A DNA stretch of 62,499 bases, filler included, from Psammoneis japonica (taxonomy: Eukaryota), in NCBI GenBank assembly GCA_008632985.1. It is 6 parts of 6 records of this genome, joined end to end, with 100 filler letters (N's around TTAATTAATTAA, not from the genome) between each part and the next. Parts side by side here need not be neighbours in the genome. Positions count along the whole stretch, not along the records: positions 21,710 to 32,225 come from QPGO01000525.1; positions 32,326 to 42,537 come from QPGO01000527.1; 4 more parts are not named here. The stretch is one strand, 5' to 3'. The position numbers were made by a program, and so were the translations under genes. The notes beneath the pieces are model-generated. The model made no database searches. It was not told where the DNA came from and was given only the letters and a program-made list of their open reading frames with translations. Below are positions 23,564 to 35,119 of this stretch, piece by piece. The stretch's first letter is position 1, and each line of letters starts with the position of its first letter.

Positions 23564-24901
23564 ATGCTAAGTAGATTGGTTTCTTTGCCGCTTCGATTCT
23601 TACTCGTCCCCTCAAGCACAGAACCGATCTTTTCTGTGGCGCTCCATCAACAACAGGCGAGCAGCATGTCAACCGCGGCCGCCACAGCTTACCCTTGGGG
23701 CTGTACAGCCTTGGTTGATCCTGATTCGCATGAGGTTCAGATTGAACGACTAGTGGGTTACAAAGACACTGACGCAGACGCTGTTCGAAGGCTAGATGGC
23801 CTGACGAAGCTCCTCGACATGACAAAGAGTCCAGACTGGATGGAGTACATTGAAGTGGCGGAAGATCGAATCAACGATGAGGGTGGAGCGGGCGCTTACG
23901 ACACAATGCGTTGTGACATGCTTGTTAATCCAGACCAGAAAGGTTCTAGATGGAACATTTGGGGAGAAGAGTTTCATTTGAATCGACTGAGGAACTCGTT
24001 TCGATACCTGCTCCATGAGAATGATCCAGAATCGCACGGAACTGTTTCGGAAAGTGCCATTGGGATGGCCATGGAAGACTCCCATAAGATGCTCAAGCAT
24101 TTACTTGGCGAGGCAGAAAAGGCAGACATATTTAAAGAAACCCAAGCGGAAGCTTCTAATCAGCAGTTGGAGGACGTTCTCGTCCAACCAGTTCGTCTAT
24201 CCTTGCTGTGGTCCCTTCCCAAGACGTTGAAAGGCCGGGTGGTCGTACGGGGCCATGCTTGCAGCACCACAAAGCCAGTTTTCATCCATCGACCATCCAA
24301 GCCGATTACTGTGACAATTGCTGCCGTTGGTCACAACACAACAACCATGGAGGTTGATGAATCCATGCCAACAAGGCTCCGTGACCCCCAACACAAGGTT
24401 GCTTCGTGGACACGCCTCCGACAGAAAATGGAGAACCCTGAAACGTACATGCCAGAGGGCGTATCCGAAGTACTCATGGTGCGACAACGCAAACAAGATG
24501 GTGCGTTGGAAGTGCTAGAGGGCCTTACGAGCAACTTTTTTGTCATTTACAAGGACGGAACCATTCGTACTGCGGAGGAAGGAGTGCTGCATGGATATGC
24601 AAGGCACCTTGTTCTTGAATGTGCAGAATTTTGTGGCCTAGTCGTGGATAAGGATAGGCCTATTCTCATGAAAGACTGCACAGATGGCCTTTGGGAGGAA
24701 GCCTTCATTACTTCCTCGTCTCGACTGATCTTTCCAATATCGAAGATTCTCGTTCACACGGACGACAAGACGGACTTTACGGAGTTTTGGTGCGATCCGG
24801 TCCTGACAGAGGCATCCCAAAACCCTGTCAGGAAAGAAAAACAAAAGTGGAGGCAACTGTTGGACGAAATACTGAATCGAGCAGGATACCCGGTCTTGTA
24901 A
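23564..24901 (+). CDS. Aminotransferase class IV family protein (PLP-dependent; D-amino-acid aminotransferase/aminodeoxychorismate lyase-like)
   Basis: Intact 445-aa ORF with GAYDTMR, HLNRLRNS, LEGLTSNFFVI, GVLHGYAR and EEAFITSSSR motifs. Confidence 0.88.
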   Translation: MLSRLVSLPLRFLLVPSSTEPIFSVALHQQQASSMSTAAATAYPWGCTALVDPDSHEVQIERLVGYKDTDADAVRRLDGLTKLLDMTKSPDWMEYIEVAEDRINDEGGAGAYDTMRCDMLVNPDQKGSRWNIWGEEFHLNRLRNSFRYLLHENDPESHGTVSESAIGMAMEDSHKMLKHLLGEAEKADIFKETQAEASNQQLEDVLVQPVRLSLLWSLPKTLKGRVVVRGHACSTTKPVFIHRPSKPITVTIAAVGHNTTTMEVDESMPTRLRDPQHKVASWTRLRQKMENPETYMPEGVSEVLMVRQRKQDGALEVLEGLTSNFFVIYKDGTIRTAEEGVLHGYARHLVLECAEFCGLVVDKDRPILMKDCTDGLWEEAFITSSSRLIFPISKILVHTDDKTDFTEFWCDPVLTEASQNPVRKEKQKWRQLLDEILNRAGYPVL

Positions 24902-25174
24902 CAATCTGTCGGCAGAAAGAGGCGTGGAAATTAATGTAAACATCTAAAATCTATGTGAATCTACTTCTTATCTACAATAGACATGATAATGCCTCCCAGC
25001 TCAGCTGTGGATTCGTAAGGCCAATTCGACGTCGCAGCTTTCATTTTTTTTTATGGAATTGAATAACTGGTTTTCCATAAAAATGATGGTCACCACGAAT
25101 AGATCCGCGGCTACCGGTAAATGAAAAGATGGGCCGAGCGGGACAGGAATCGGGACATTGATGCCAACCTGACC
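24782..25174 (+). repeat. 393-bp direct duplication, copy A (live aminotransferase 3' end plus decayed MMSDH 3' end)
   Basis: Collinear with 27318-27710; the MMSDH part here is frameshifted. Confidence 0.95.
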
Positions 25175-26460
25175 GAGACCAGAAGATGGAACATTGAGGA
25201 GAAGGTGCAGATGTGGTAAAAGGCACTCTCGGTCTGGGTGTCATGCAGGTGTGTGGGCAGGCAGTTGAGGTTGGTGCGGAACAAAGAGAAGCCTTTTGCA
25301 TGAGGCAGGTGTCGGTGAAAGCCAATGCTGCCAACAGGCTGACCACGGAAGCGGAGGCCAGTTGTGATTTCTGGCCCAAGCAGAGAGTTGGCAGCAGGGC
25401 TGAAAAAGGCAAAAGCTTGACACAAGGCATCTGCAGGGGAAATTCTTGGGAGTGGGAGCTGGAGCTGATGAGACACTGGGGAGGCAAGGATGCACATCTT
25501 TTGGTGGCTGAGTTTGTGCCATGCTGTGCTGGACTGGCAAATCTGGGTGAGCCACTCAAGAAACCACAGCAGCTAGCATGTGGCAACCAGTTGTCAGTGT
25601 TGTCCAGCAGGGAAGTTGCAGAAGTTGCATTGGATGGATGAAGACAGGAGTGTGCAGCTCGGCATTGAGAGTGGCTTTTGAGGAGACAACACTGAAAAGG
25701 CCAGAGCATTGGAGAACGGCGGGCCAAGTGGACAATCTTGGGTGCAAAGCCTTCCAGCAGCAAAAAGGAGTGCCATCTGCTGGAAGCATTGCAATGCCAG
25801 CAGATGTTGGAAGAAGCACAGCAGAGATTGATGAGTGGGAGGGTGGGGCATGGCAAAAAGCTGGGCCAGCATCAGGGAGAGTGCTTCCGGGCATGCAAGG
25901 TGCTGGGGGAGCACTGTTTGCCAAAAAATGTGGTGGCTGAGGTTGATGGCAAGAAGAGATGGGTTGGGGTGTCTGCACCCTGATGGTGCTCAATGTTGGT
26001 GTGAGTGGCATGGATGAGGCAGTTGAGGCCTCCTTTGGCCCCTGCCCCGAGTTGCGCCAAGGAACGGCAGACATGCCAGCTGTCTTGGCAAGGGAGCCCG
26101 CCCGCAACACACACCAGACAGTGGCGCCACAGCTGATGGGGTGCAGTTTGTTGGTGTGCAGCTTGTCAAGGTTTGTTTGGTTCTCATGCAAGGCAATGAA
26201 GCAACAGGCTGGTGGGAGTGGGCAGCAGATCTCATTGAAAGCCAAGCTGGCTTGGACGAGGAGGAGTTGTCGAGACGAGAGTTGCGAGGCTGGGCCTTGT
26301 TTGGGTTTTGAGGGATGCAGAGACTTGAAGAGGGTGCAGGCCTTGAGCTGGTCAGTGGAGTCAGCAAAGGGGGCGTTGGCGGTGCCTGGTTTGCATTTGC
26401 TGAGAGCCGGCAGGAATTGTTCACATCTCTGGAGGGGATTTCAAAAGCGAGAGTCCATGC
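25175..26460 (-). mobile_element. Decayed reverse transcriptase fragment of a CRE-like non-LTR retrotransposon
   Basis: Ordered, frameshifted motifs FIALHE...KLHPISCGAT (LRPI..G), QLGAGAKGG (Q.GVG..GG), EGFA/QDCPLGPPFS (QGCPLGP.F), LLDNT (YLDD) and GLRFRGQPVGS (G...LG.PVG). Confidence 0.75.
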
Positions 26461-26582
26461 GCGTCTTGCGCGCGACGAGTGAAGGACGGCGCGCCGAAAT
26501 TTTTCAACCACAAAAGAAACAACAATTCGGTGCGCTCACACTTTTCACGACGCCAATTCTTGTTTGCTCCATCCACATCATC

Positions 26583-27278
26583 ATGTCGCACCGCCGTCAA
26601 TTCGAGACCGAAACGGACCCGTTCCAGTTTGACAGAAACACTGTCAAGGGTTTCATCATTGCGTCGGATCCTTCTTCACCGGCGTGCGTGTCTCAATTCA
26701 ATCGCCCACGCGCTGCTCTGGACATTGAGCAAATTGAGGGCGCCGCGGCACGCAGGATTGCAGATATCACGCGAGCCATGCTCCACAATGTCTGCGGAAA
26801 GGCACTTGTTGTAATGGAGCATAGCAAGCGCGTGACATTGACACCACGCGCTCTGACGTTTGCTCTGAGAGTTTTCGCCGTCGAAGAAAGCCGCGTGCTT
26901 CCCGCGGCCTTGAATCTTCCGCCCCAGGACGAAGCAGCCCAAGATGGAGATGAGGACGAACAGTGGCAGAAGGTGGCAGATGATCTTCAGGACTATGACG
27001 CCAATGAAGATGTTGTGGGTGAAACCATGCACGAAGAAGACGATCCAGAGGAGGAGGCGTTCTCAGGCAAAAAACACGGCATTTCGCCCAAGAAAGCCGA
27101 GAAATTGTGGATCTGGACGATGATCAAGGAGTACCGCGTCGACTTTTCTGNAAAAAGAAAGAATTTACTCTATCTTGGCGAATGCCATGAACGGTTACAT
27201 TCGCATGAAGTTCCTCCGTTGAGCCAACTCATGAAGCAGTTTCCGGTGGCATTTAGTTCATACATAACAATGCTATAG
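26583..27278 (+). CDS. Divergent histone H4-fold protein with acidic C-terminal tail (3' end uncertain, N at 27151)
   Basis: LHNVCGKALVVMEHSKRVTLTPRALTFALR aligns without gaps to H4 [30 protein letters not shown]; ATG at 26583 is in the frame of ORF 25959-27278. Confidence 0.6.
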   Translation: MSHRRQFETETDPFQFDRNTVKGFIIASDPSSPACVSQFNRPRAALDIEQIEGAAARRIADITRAMLHNVCGKALVVMEHSKRVTLTPRALTFALRVFAVEESRVLPAALNLPPQDEAAQDGDEDEQWQKVADDLQDYDANEDVVGETMHEEDDPEEEAFSGKKHGISPKKAEKLWIWTMIKEYRVDFSXKRKNLLYLGECHERLHSHEVPPLSQLMKQFPVAFSSYITML

Positions 27279-27317
27279 TTCCTTTTTCCAATGTCACTAG
27301 GATTTATATGTGTCAAA

Positions 27318-27710
27318 GAGTTGTAGTGCGATTCGGTCCTGACAAACGCATCCCAAAACCCAGCCAGGAAAGAAAAACAAAAGTGGAGGCAACCGTTGGA
27401 CGAAATACTGAATCGAACAGGATACCCGGTCGTGTAACGATGTGTCGGCAGAAATACGCGAGCAAATAATAATGTACACATCATATATAATCTATGTGAT
27501 CTACTTCTTACCTACAATAGGCATGGTAACGCCTCCCAGCTCAGCCGTGGATTCGTATGGCCAATTCGACGTCACAGTTTTCATTTGTGTATAGAATTGA
27601 ACACCTTGTTTTCCATAAAAATGAACGTCACCACGAATGGATCCGCGGCTACCGGTAAATGAAAACATGGGAAGCGGGACAGGAATCGGGACATTGATAC
27701 CAACCTGACC
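27318..27710 (+). repeat. 393-bp direct duplication, copy B (orphan aminotransferase 3' end plus live MMSDH 3' end)
   Basis: Collinear with 24782-25174. Confidence 0.95.
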
Positions 27711-29330
27711 AACATTTATTTCATGTTGAAATTTGCGTGCAGCTGCTCCGCTCTGCGTAAATATGGCACACCCATTGCCGTAGGGGTTTGCATTGATAAT
27801 GTCCATAGCTTCCTCCAATGAATCGGCTCCCAGGCATACCAACACCGGACCGAATATCTCGGTCGTGTACGCAACATTGTCAGTCTTCACTTGTGAGAGA
27901 ACACAAGGGCTGACAAAATTCCCGTCCTGATATCCATCCACCACTGTGTTTCGACCGTCCAAATCCAAGACCGCACCCTGTTCCACTGCCTCCCCTACAA
28001 TGCGCTCAACTCGTTCTTTGGATTCGGCGGAAATGAGGGGTCCAATATCCACTCCATCCTCTAAACCCGAGCCAACACGCAACTTGCTTGCCTCTGCTAC
28101 CAAGTCCTGAACCCACTCGCGGGTGGATCCCACGAACACCACTGCGCTCAATGCCATGCAACGTTGTCCAGCAGCTCCAAAGCCCGCTCCGACCAAGGCC
28201 TTGATGGTGGATTCGCGATTTGCGTCCGGCATGATTACAGCTGAACAACGAATCAAATGAAAAGCAGTACACAAGTCAAATAAATAATGGCATTTCCAAA
28301 ACGTAGATAGCAAAGTAGGACATTCCTTACCGTGGTTCTTGGCACCGAGATTGGCCTGAACTCGCTTTCCATTCGCACTTCCACGTGCGTGAATGTAGTT
28401 ACCAACACCACAAGAGCCCTGCAAGATATGAACACATGTATGAGAGACAAGCAAATCATAAATCCCACAATTCAGTATCCCAAGCAGTAGCAATGAGTTT
28501 ACGCACCACGAAGGAAATGGCTCGAATATCATCATGATCACAAATGGCATCCACCGTTTCTTTACCGCCATGTACAATGTTCAATACTCCGGGTGGTAAA
28601 CCGGCGTCTTGAGCGAGTTGTGCAAGGAGCATGGATGCTCCAGGTGTCTTTTCACTTGGCTTGAGGACAAATGTGTTTCCACTCGTGCAGGCAAGAGGAA
28701 ACATCCACAAAGGAATCATGGCTGGAAAGTTAAAGGGACAAACACCGGCACACACCCCCAAGGGTTGTCGATACGAAACACAGTCCATCCCAGAAGCAGA
28801 GATCCAGGCATTGCGTCTCCTAATAGCTTGTCTGCCACGTTGCAGGCCGTCTCGACAATTTCCAATCCACGAAACACGTCGCCACGAGAGTCTTCCAGCG
28901 TCTTGCCGTTTTCAAGTGACACAAGGTACGCGAGCTCGTCGGTGTTTTGACGAATCAACGATTGATACTCCAACATCACGCGCTGTCGCTGTTGGACCGG
29001 CACGTGCTTCCAATCCGCAAAGGCTTCTTTTGCAGCTTGGACGGCGGTATGGAATTCATCAGGGGTCGTCTGTGGAACTTGGGCGAGAACTTTTTTCGAA
29101 TTGGTGGGATCATGTACATTGAACCATTCGCTCGCCGTAGACGACGTAAATTCCCCATTGATCCAATTCTTGTAGAGCACCGGATCTGCAGAACTGTCAA
29201 CCCAATCTCCTGAATTCGCAGTCGAAGCAAACGAACGACGTGGGGCAGAGCTAAGAAGAGCTGTAGGTTTCCAACGGACGGCGAGTCCAAGGACACGGTA
29301 CATATGGGTTCTCGACAGTTCAGATAGCAT
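27501..29330 (-). CDS. ALDH6A1: Methylmalonate-semialdehyde dehydrogenase (acylating), mitochondrial; introns 28506-28419 and 28330-28241; apparent frameshift near 28795
   Basis: Motifs [52 protein letters not shown] and [18 protein letters not shown]; Arg/Ser-rich N-terminus; both introns are GT-AG and restore the frame. Confidence 0.96.
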
Positions 29331-30138
29331 ATTGTTAGACTACTACTTCTTCTATCTCTGAAGGGCGAAGGTAGTGTATCGTGCATTGTGTGAAGATCTG
29401 AATGTCAGAATTGGCAAGCTTCCGAAACGAGTCAAGCGCGCTGCTTGCGCGCGATACGTGATGCCAATGATGGCCGGTAACTCCATCCAGCGGCACCAAC
29501 TTCTTTCTGGTCCCTTGTTGAGACTGCATTTTAGAGTATTGTAAGTGCAGAGAAGAGAGGTCGTCCAACAATTTTGGTTGCGTGTACTAACTGTAGCGAC
29601 AAAAATTCTTTTGCACTACCAACGTGCCACACTGTGCACTAGAAGTACAAAATCATATCCATCGCTACATACAGGCCTGATGATGAATACCGTGCATGAA
29701 AAGATGGGTCCCATTTTTAGGCTTTTTGGGGGGGGGCAACCACCCTTTGAGATTCTTCTCGCCTTCCTTTCTGTTCCGTTGCATGATCAAACAACATCCT
29801 TTGCTCTTGACCAAAGACCTCCCTTGGGACCAAAATCTTCGAAATAGTCCGATTAGGACGGTGCCTAAGTAACGTTTCGCAATTGCTACTGTCGATCGTT
29901 AAATGACATAATTTTATTTATCTCATCTATACAAACCGAAAAAGTCGTAGGGCAGTATTACTATTTTGTCCATATCTAATCTCTCACTTTTTCTTGCTCG
30001 GCTCTTCCTGTTTTCAACACTCTGTGGTGCCGAGTCAGTCTGGAAAAAGTCGAAAGTACGACTATGCTCGAAACGCGTTGCTTCACTTTTTAATTCCTGT
30101 TCCTCCATTTTGATCATTACGTTCTTTATTGCACAAGG

Positions 30139-32225
30139 ATGATGGTCACGAGACTTTTCCCTTGTTGCGTTGGCACTCTTTTTGCCTTGTGTTGCTGCGA
30201 ACGATGTTGGAGATGTACAATTGACAAACCGGACCCTTGTAACGCAGTCGTCAGAAAGGCCTTTTCTTTTTGTGAGACCACGTACAACTGATCCTCTCGG
30301 TTTGTGTGAAGGCCCTTGTTCTGAGCATGACGACTGTGGGCTCGGAATGAATTGCTACAAGGTGCGCAAAGGGCAAAAGCAAACCGGTCGAATCCCTGGG
30401 TGCAGAGGTCAAGACCCATGGCATCGAAGGTTTTGTTTTAAACCTGATAAAGGTGTTTTGGTAACCAAAGGACAGGAAGGAAAGGCCCGAAAACGCATAT
30501 CCATTGGGGCTCTGTCAAGGTATTGTACTACGATGCGAATTGTTTTATGGATGTTGTTGACAGAAAGAATATGTTCTCACCTCATCACGTGTTTATAGGT
30601 AACTGTCGCGGAGATTCAGATTGCGCTCTGGGGCTCGTTTGTGATGCAAAGTCACTAGTTCCAGGCTGTCAAGGCTTTGGCGTTGCGAGTGAAAAATACT
30701 GTGCTTTCCCTCCTGAACCAAACACTTTGGTAAAGAAGGTGGAAAGGTTCAAGAGACCAAACAAAGCCCTCGGAAAGTGCGAAGGTGAATGCATAGGAAA
30801 TCGTTGTAGAGGAGGACTCAAATGCTTCGTTCGTGCAGGAAGTGAACGCATCCCAGGTTGCCAGGGGCTAGGAATCAATCAAGGCTCGTACTGCTACAAG
30901 CCAAAACCAAACAGTCAGCCACGCGACGAAGGCACAGGGTCAAAACCAAACAGTCCGCCGCGCGACGAAGACACAAAACCTGAGCCTCATGGCGGCAATC
31001 ACTCCCCCAATAGCCACAACAAAGGCAACGAGGAAAAGGAAGAAGGAAAACAAGTTGGCGACTCGACCAATGTTCTTAGACACACCCAGGCGTGCACCGT
31101 TTTGTCGCCATGCTCGCGTTGCGAAGGCAATTGTGGAGGCAACAATGATAAATGCGAGGGTGACTTGATATGCTTTTCCAAGACGACATACAGCAAGATT
31201 CCCTTATGTAACGGCAAGGGTCAGCCAGGTATTGACTATTGCTCGTTGCCACACGAGACCAGACCTATAACATATTCGCCTGGTGAATTGTCCGTATACG
31301 AGGCCGGACTATTGCTCTCCACCGGATTAACAGCTCGTGTTATTGCGGTTCAGCATGAGAAGGTGCTGCTCGAGCACATTAACAAGAGATCCAATGAGCA
31401 CATGCATGTGGATCCAGATGGTGCGGCAGTGTTTGCAAATGAGGAGACTGGTGGATGGAAGTACGTTTCTAACGCGGAGAGCGCTTCACAAGGTGGCGTT
31501 GGTGCGATTGAATTCAATTCTCGGGGAAAGTAGTAGGCTACGAGCGACTCCTGTCCGGAACTCGGAGAAATTGCGGCGGTGGTGCCACTTTCTGGTCTAC
31601 TTGGATATCGTGTGAAGAAATTGAAGGAGGACAGATATGGGAGATTGATCCATTCGGCAAGCAGCCACCAAGGCAAACAATTATTGGAATCGAAGGTGGA
31701 GACTTGTACGAGAGTGCTGCTTATGATAATCGCGACCCAGAAAATCCTGTATTTTACGTGACTACGGATGCCGAGGATGGCCCTTTGCTCAAGTTTACAC
31801 CCGACAAAAGCGCTACCTTGCAGGCCTTGAAAACACAAGACTTTTCTCGACTCTTGCATTCCAACGAAACTGGTACAGCAAAGACAGAGTTTCTTGTGCT
31901 TGAGCCCAGCACACCGTCCAAGGATAAAGGAACCTTCTTCTGGACCGAAGACTTGACATTGGGTCGAACGAGCGCCTCTAATCTATACCAGAACTGCGAA
32001 GGTATCGATCACAGAAATGGCAAGGTATTTTTTACTTGCAAACGGAATGAAGATTTGTTCATCTTGGATACCAAACGAGGGACCTACACAAGGGAGTCGA
32101 CAAGAAGTGGAGCGTTCAACGGAAACCCTGACCAGGTGGCGAGAGTGCTGGGCGGCAACGAGTCGGATTCGATTCTGTACTTTTGTGAAGCAAAAGGTTC
32201 TACAGCACAAGACTGCGGAGTTCAT
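30139..32225 (+). CDS. Secreted protein with four frustulin-type Cys-rich repeats fused to a PhoX/DUF839-type phosphatase domain; intron 30520-30598; frameshifts; 3' truncated
   Basis: Hydrophobic N-terminus; repeats LGLCEGPC...DC..G..C...IPGC.G, LGLCQGNC, LGKCEGEC and CSRCEGNC; then PDGAAVF, YVSNAE, GGVGAIEF, RNCGGG, WISCEE, YESAAYD, NCEGID and NPDQV. Confidence 0.8.
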
Positions 32226-32325
32226 NNNNNNNNNNNNNNNNNNNNNNNNNNNNNNNNNNNNNNNNNNNNTTAATTAATTAANNNNNNNNNNNNNNNNNNN
32301 NNNNNNNNNNNNNNNNNNNNNNNNN
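32226..32325. other. Artificial contig linker
   Basis: N44-TTAATTAATTAA-N44. Confidence 0.98.
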
Positions 32326-34793
32326 TCATTGTTGGCAATGCTGCCATCACTCCCTCCATTGCTCCCACCAACCAAACTCCTGTTAACCTGAACACCCCTC
32401 CACAGAAGGCCCCACTTGTTGTGAAGGATTGTTCTTTCCAAGGCAACCCGCCCCCTCCCGAATCAATGCCGAAGGAGTGGCAGCCACTCCCTTTAACCTT
32501 GCCTCTGACAATGCCACAGCCACTCCCTCCACTGCTTCTGCCAGCCAAACTCCTGTGAATCTGAACCCCTCCACAGAGCGCCCCACCTGCATGCAATCAT
32601 CCAAACGCCTTTGATGCAACCTGCAAAGATCCCCAGCAAGTGGGGTTGGCACACAATCCAAACCACACAAAGCTGTTGGACCTGGGCTGGGACTCTGATT
32701 GGTGCATGGAGACAGCAAATTGGTGTGCAAGTGCTGCCGTTTTTTCTCTCAGTCCAGATGGAAAGCCTGCTTCTAGTCTGTCTTTGAACAGGCATGTTGT
32801 TGCAGATTCTGCCACAGATGGCTGCTTGGCTGAAATTGATTGTCAGCTCCAACATGCCAAGCACACAGGTGACCACTTTGAAAACACTGAATTGTGGCAG
32901 TGCAAATGGAAAAGAGTGCCCAACCACAGCCTTTTGTTTTCCCAGATGGCAATGGGCTGGTTCCTTCTGCCCGACTTGTCGTTCGAAGACCGACACCCAG
33001 AATCATTTTTCATGCACCACATGGCTGCTTTGGCTTGTGACGATTCACTTGATTGTGGTTGCTCCGTGTGTTGTTCATTTGACATGCATTTTCTTCTGGC
33101 AACTCCCTTTGTGTGTTGTTGTGCCCATTGGCGATGCTTGTTTTGTCTCTCTTGACAACTCTCATGTTGTCTTGCTTGCTTCTCCATCCCCATCCAGCGA
33201 CATGCACAAAAGGAAGCACCTGTGCAACCTGAGCTGTTGTTGGTCTTGTGTCACCCCGAAAGAAGGATTGGAGGTGTCCCCATTTGCTGGCACAGAGAAT
33301 TTTAAGGATTGGTTGAAACACCTCAGCTGTGAATCTTTTTCTCATTGCTTTCCCTGGGAAGCCACGTGTGGTGATGTTGCAAAGGCGCGGGCCAATCCCA
33401 AAAACAACTGTCCATCTTCAGACATGTGGCAGCATCTCTCTTCCTCAGAGCACCTGTCTGACATCTGGTTCATGAAACTTTGCCGGAAATGTCCTGCCAT
33501 GATCACCTTGAAAACACAAAAAATGTGTTCTCGTCCAAAGAGAAGCCATCCGCTTGATCGTGCAGGATTTGGTTTTGTTGCTGAACATGCTTCCCAAGGG
33601 ACATTGCATGTGCAGGAGACACAAGACGGTGACACCTTCCAATTTGGATTCTTGCCCTCAATGCAGATTTTCCAAATTGTGCCTGTTGTGCCAATCTTTG
33701 CTCCACAAAAGGAAGTGTGCAGACACAGACGATTCAGCCATGCAAGTGCATGTGTTGTTCAACAACAGAAAATCCAAGGATGATCCCACCGAGCTGGAAC
33801 CCGGTGTGCAGCCTCCATGCTCTCCCCAAGGAAATGCAACCAACCTCTTCAGGTGCACCGATTTTGATGACGCTCATGCTTTGGTCAAGGAAAGGACTGC
33901 TCTCGCTTTGCACAAATCCCAGCTGCACCTCCAGGTGACCTCTCAGATGAACAAACAGCAAAAGAAAAGAACTGCGAGTTCTGGAACAGCTTTGGTTTTG
34001 GAGGGGTTGCTGACCAAGACACATGACACGGATGCGTCCCTGGGTGGGCTTGCCCCCATTGTGCCTGAGAATTTGGACAGCGCAAGCACTGCTTGCATCA
34101 AACGTCACCTTCTTTCTTTGGAACATCCTCCGGAGTCTGTGAAAATGTGGCAGCACAAGTTGTCCATTTGGAGAAACCTGAAACAAGCACGTGCGTGGGT
34201 TGGTGGCTGAAGAAAAGCAATCCACGGCCACCAGACCGATGCTGCATTCGAGTCGAGCGCCTCCTCACTCACAAGAGCTTCCGCGGGATGCCTGTCACGT
34301 GCCATCAAAGGGACAATGACTGCATGCCCAGCGCATTCGACCACATCTCTCTGTTTTGGTCCATGCTCCAGTGTTCCATGATGGCAAACAAACAACTTCA
34401 TCTCCTCCAATTCTTTGCAAAAAGGTGACACTTCATGCCCAAACACAACCAGCCTCACACATCTGCTTCACCTGTCAAGGCAGAAAAAATCACCTGTTCA
34501 CAAAAAATTGCAGGAGATAAAGTTGGTTGCGTGTCACTGTGCAACACTGGAGCATGAAGCAAAACAGAGAGCCATGATCGAATGCCGGTTGCCATCAATG
34601 ATGCCTCAACACGTTGCTTCGTGTTGCCTCCGCACGGTGTTGTTGTGTGGCGCTGCTCGCACCGCGGGCAAGTCCTTCTACACATGCAGATTGCTGCTGC
34701 TCACGGACGTGGAATTTTTGGTCAGATTGTTTGGAAAAAACTGGCCTTGCGCTCTGCTCGTGATCCGAGACACCACAAGGACTGAGGCGAGCG

Positions 34794-35020
34794 TCGGAGC
34801 CAAGACGGCAGGCCCAGCACAAGGAGAGGACATCTCTTGGGTGGCCGTGCTCTTGGAGGAGTCACCGCATGACAGCAGCGCGCAGCAGAAGGCAGACAGA
34901 CAGACAGACAGACGGACGACAACGAGAGGCCACCCCAGTTTCCCTCATTGTGTTTGGCGGACTGCCGGTGACGATGGGATCAGTTGCGTCGACCCGACAT
35001 GGGCCGACAACGCTGAAAAC
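34794..35020 (+). repeat. About 225-bp dispersed repeat containing (CAGA)n; second copy at 41289-41510
   Basis: cggagccaagacgg...gacaacgctgaaaa is near-identical at both places. Confidence 0.95.
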
Positions 35021-35119
35021 ATTGCTTCTGCTGAATGGCATGCCTTGCACAATTGCCCACAAGCTGCACACATGGTGCCAACGAACAGTGGATGGGCTTG
35101 GTCATCTTGATCAGCCTGT

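Noticed and set aside
25959..27278. The 439-aa ORF as one protein
   Set aside because: Its first 200 or so codons are the antisense of the decayed RT fragment, open only because stops were erased; the plausible gene starts at ATG 26583.
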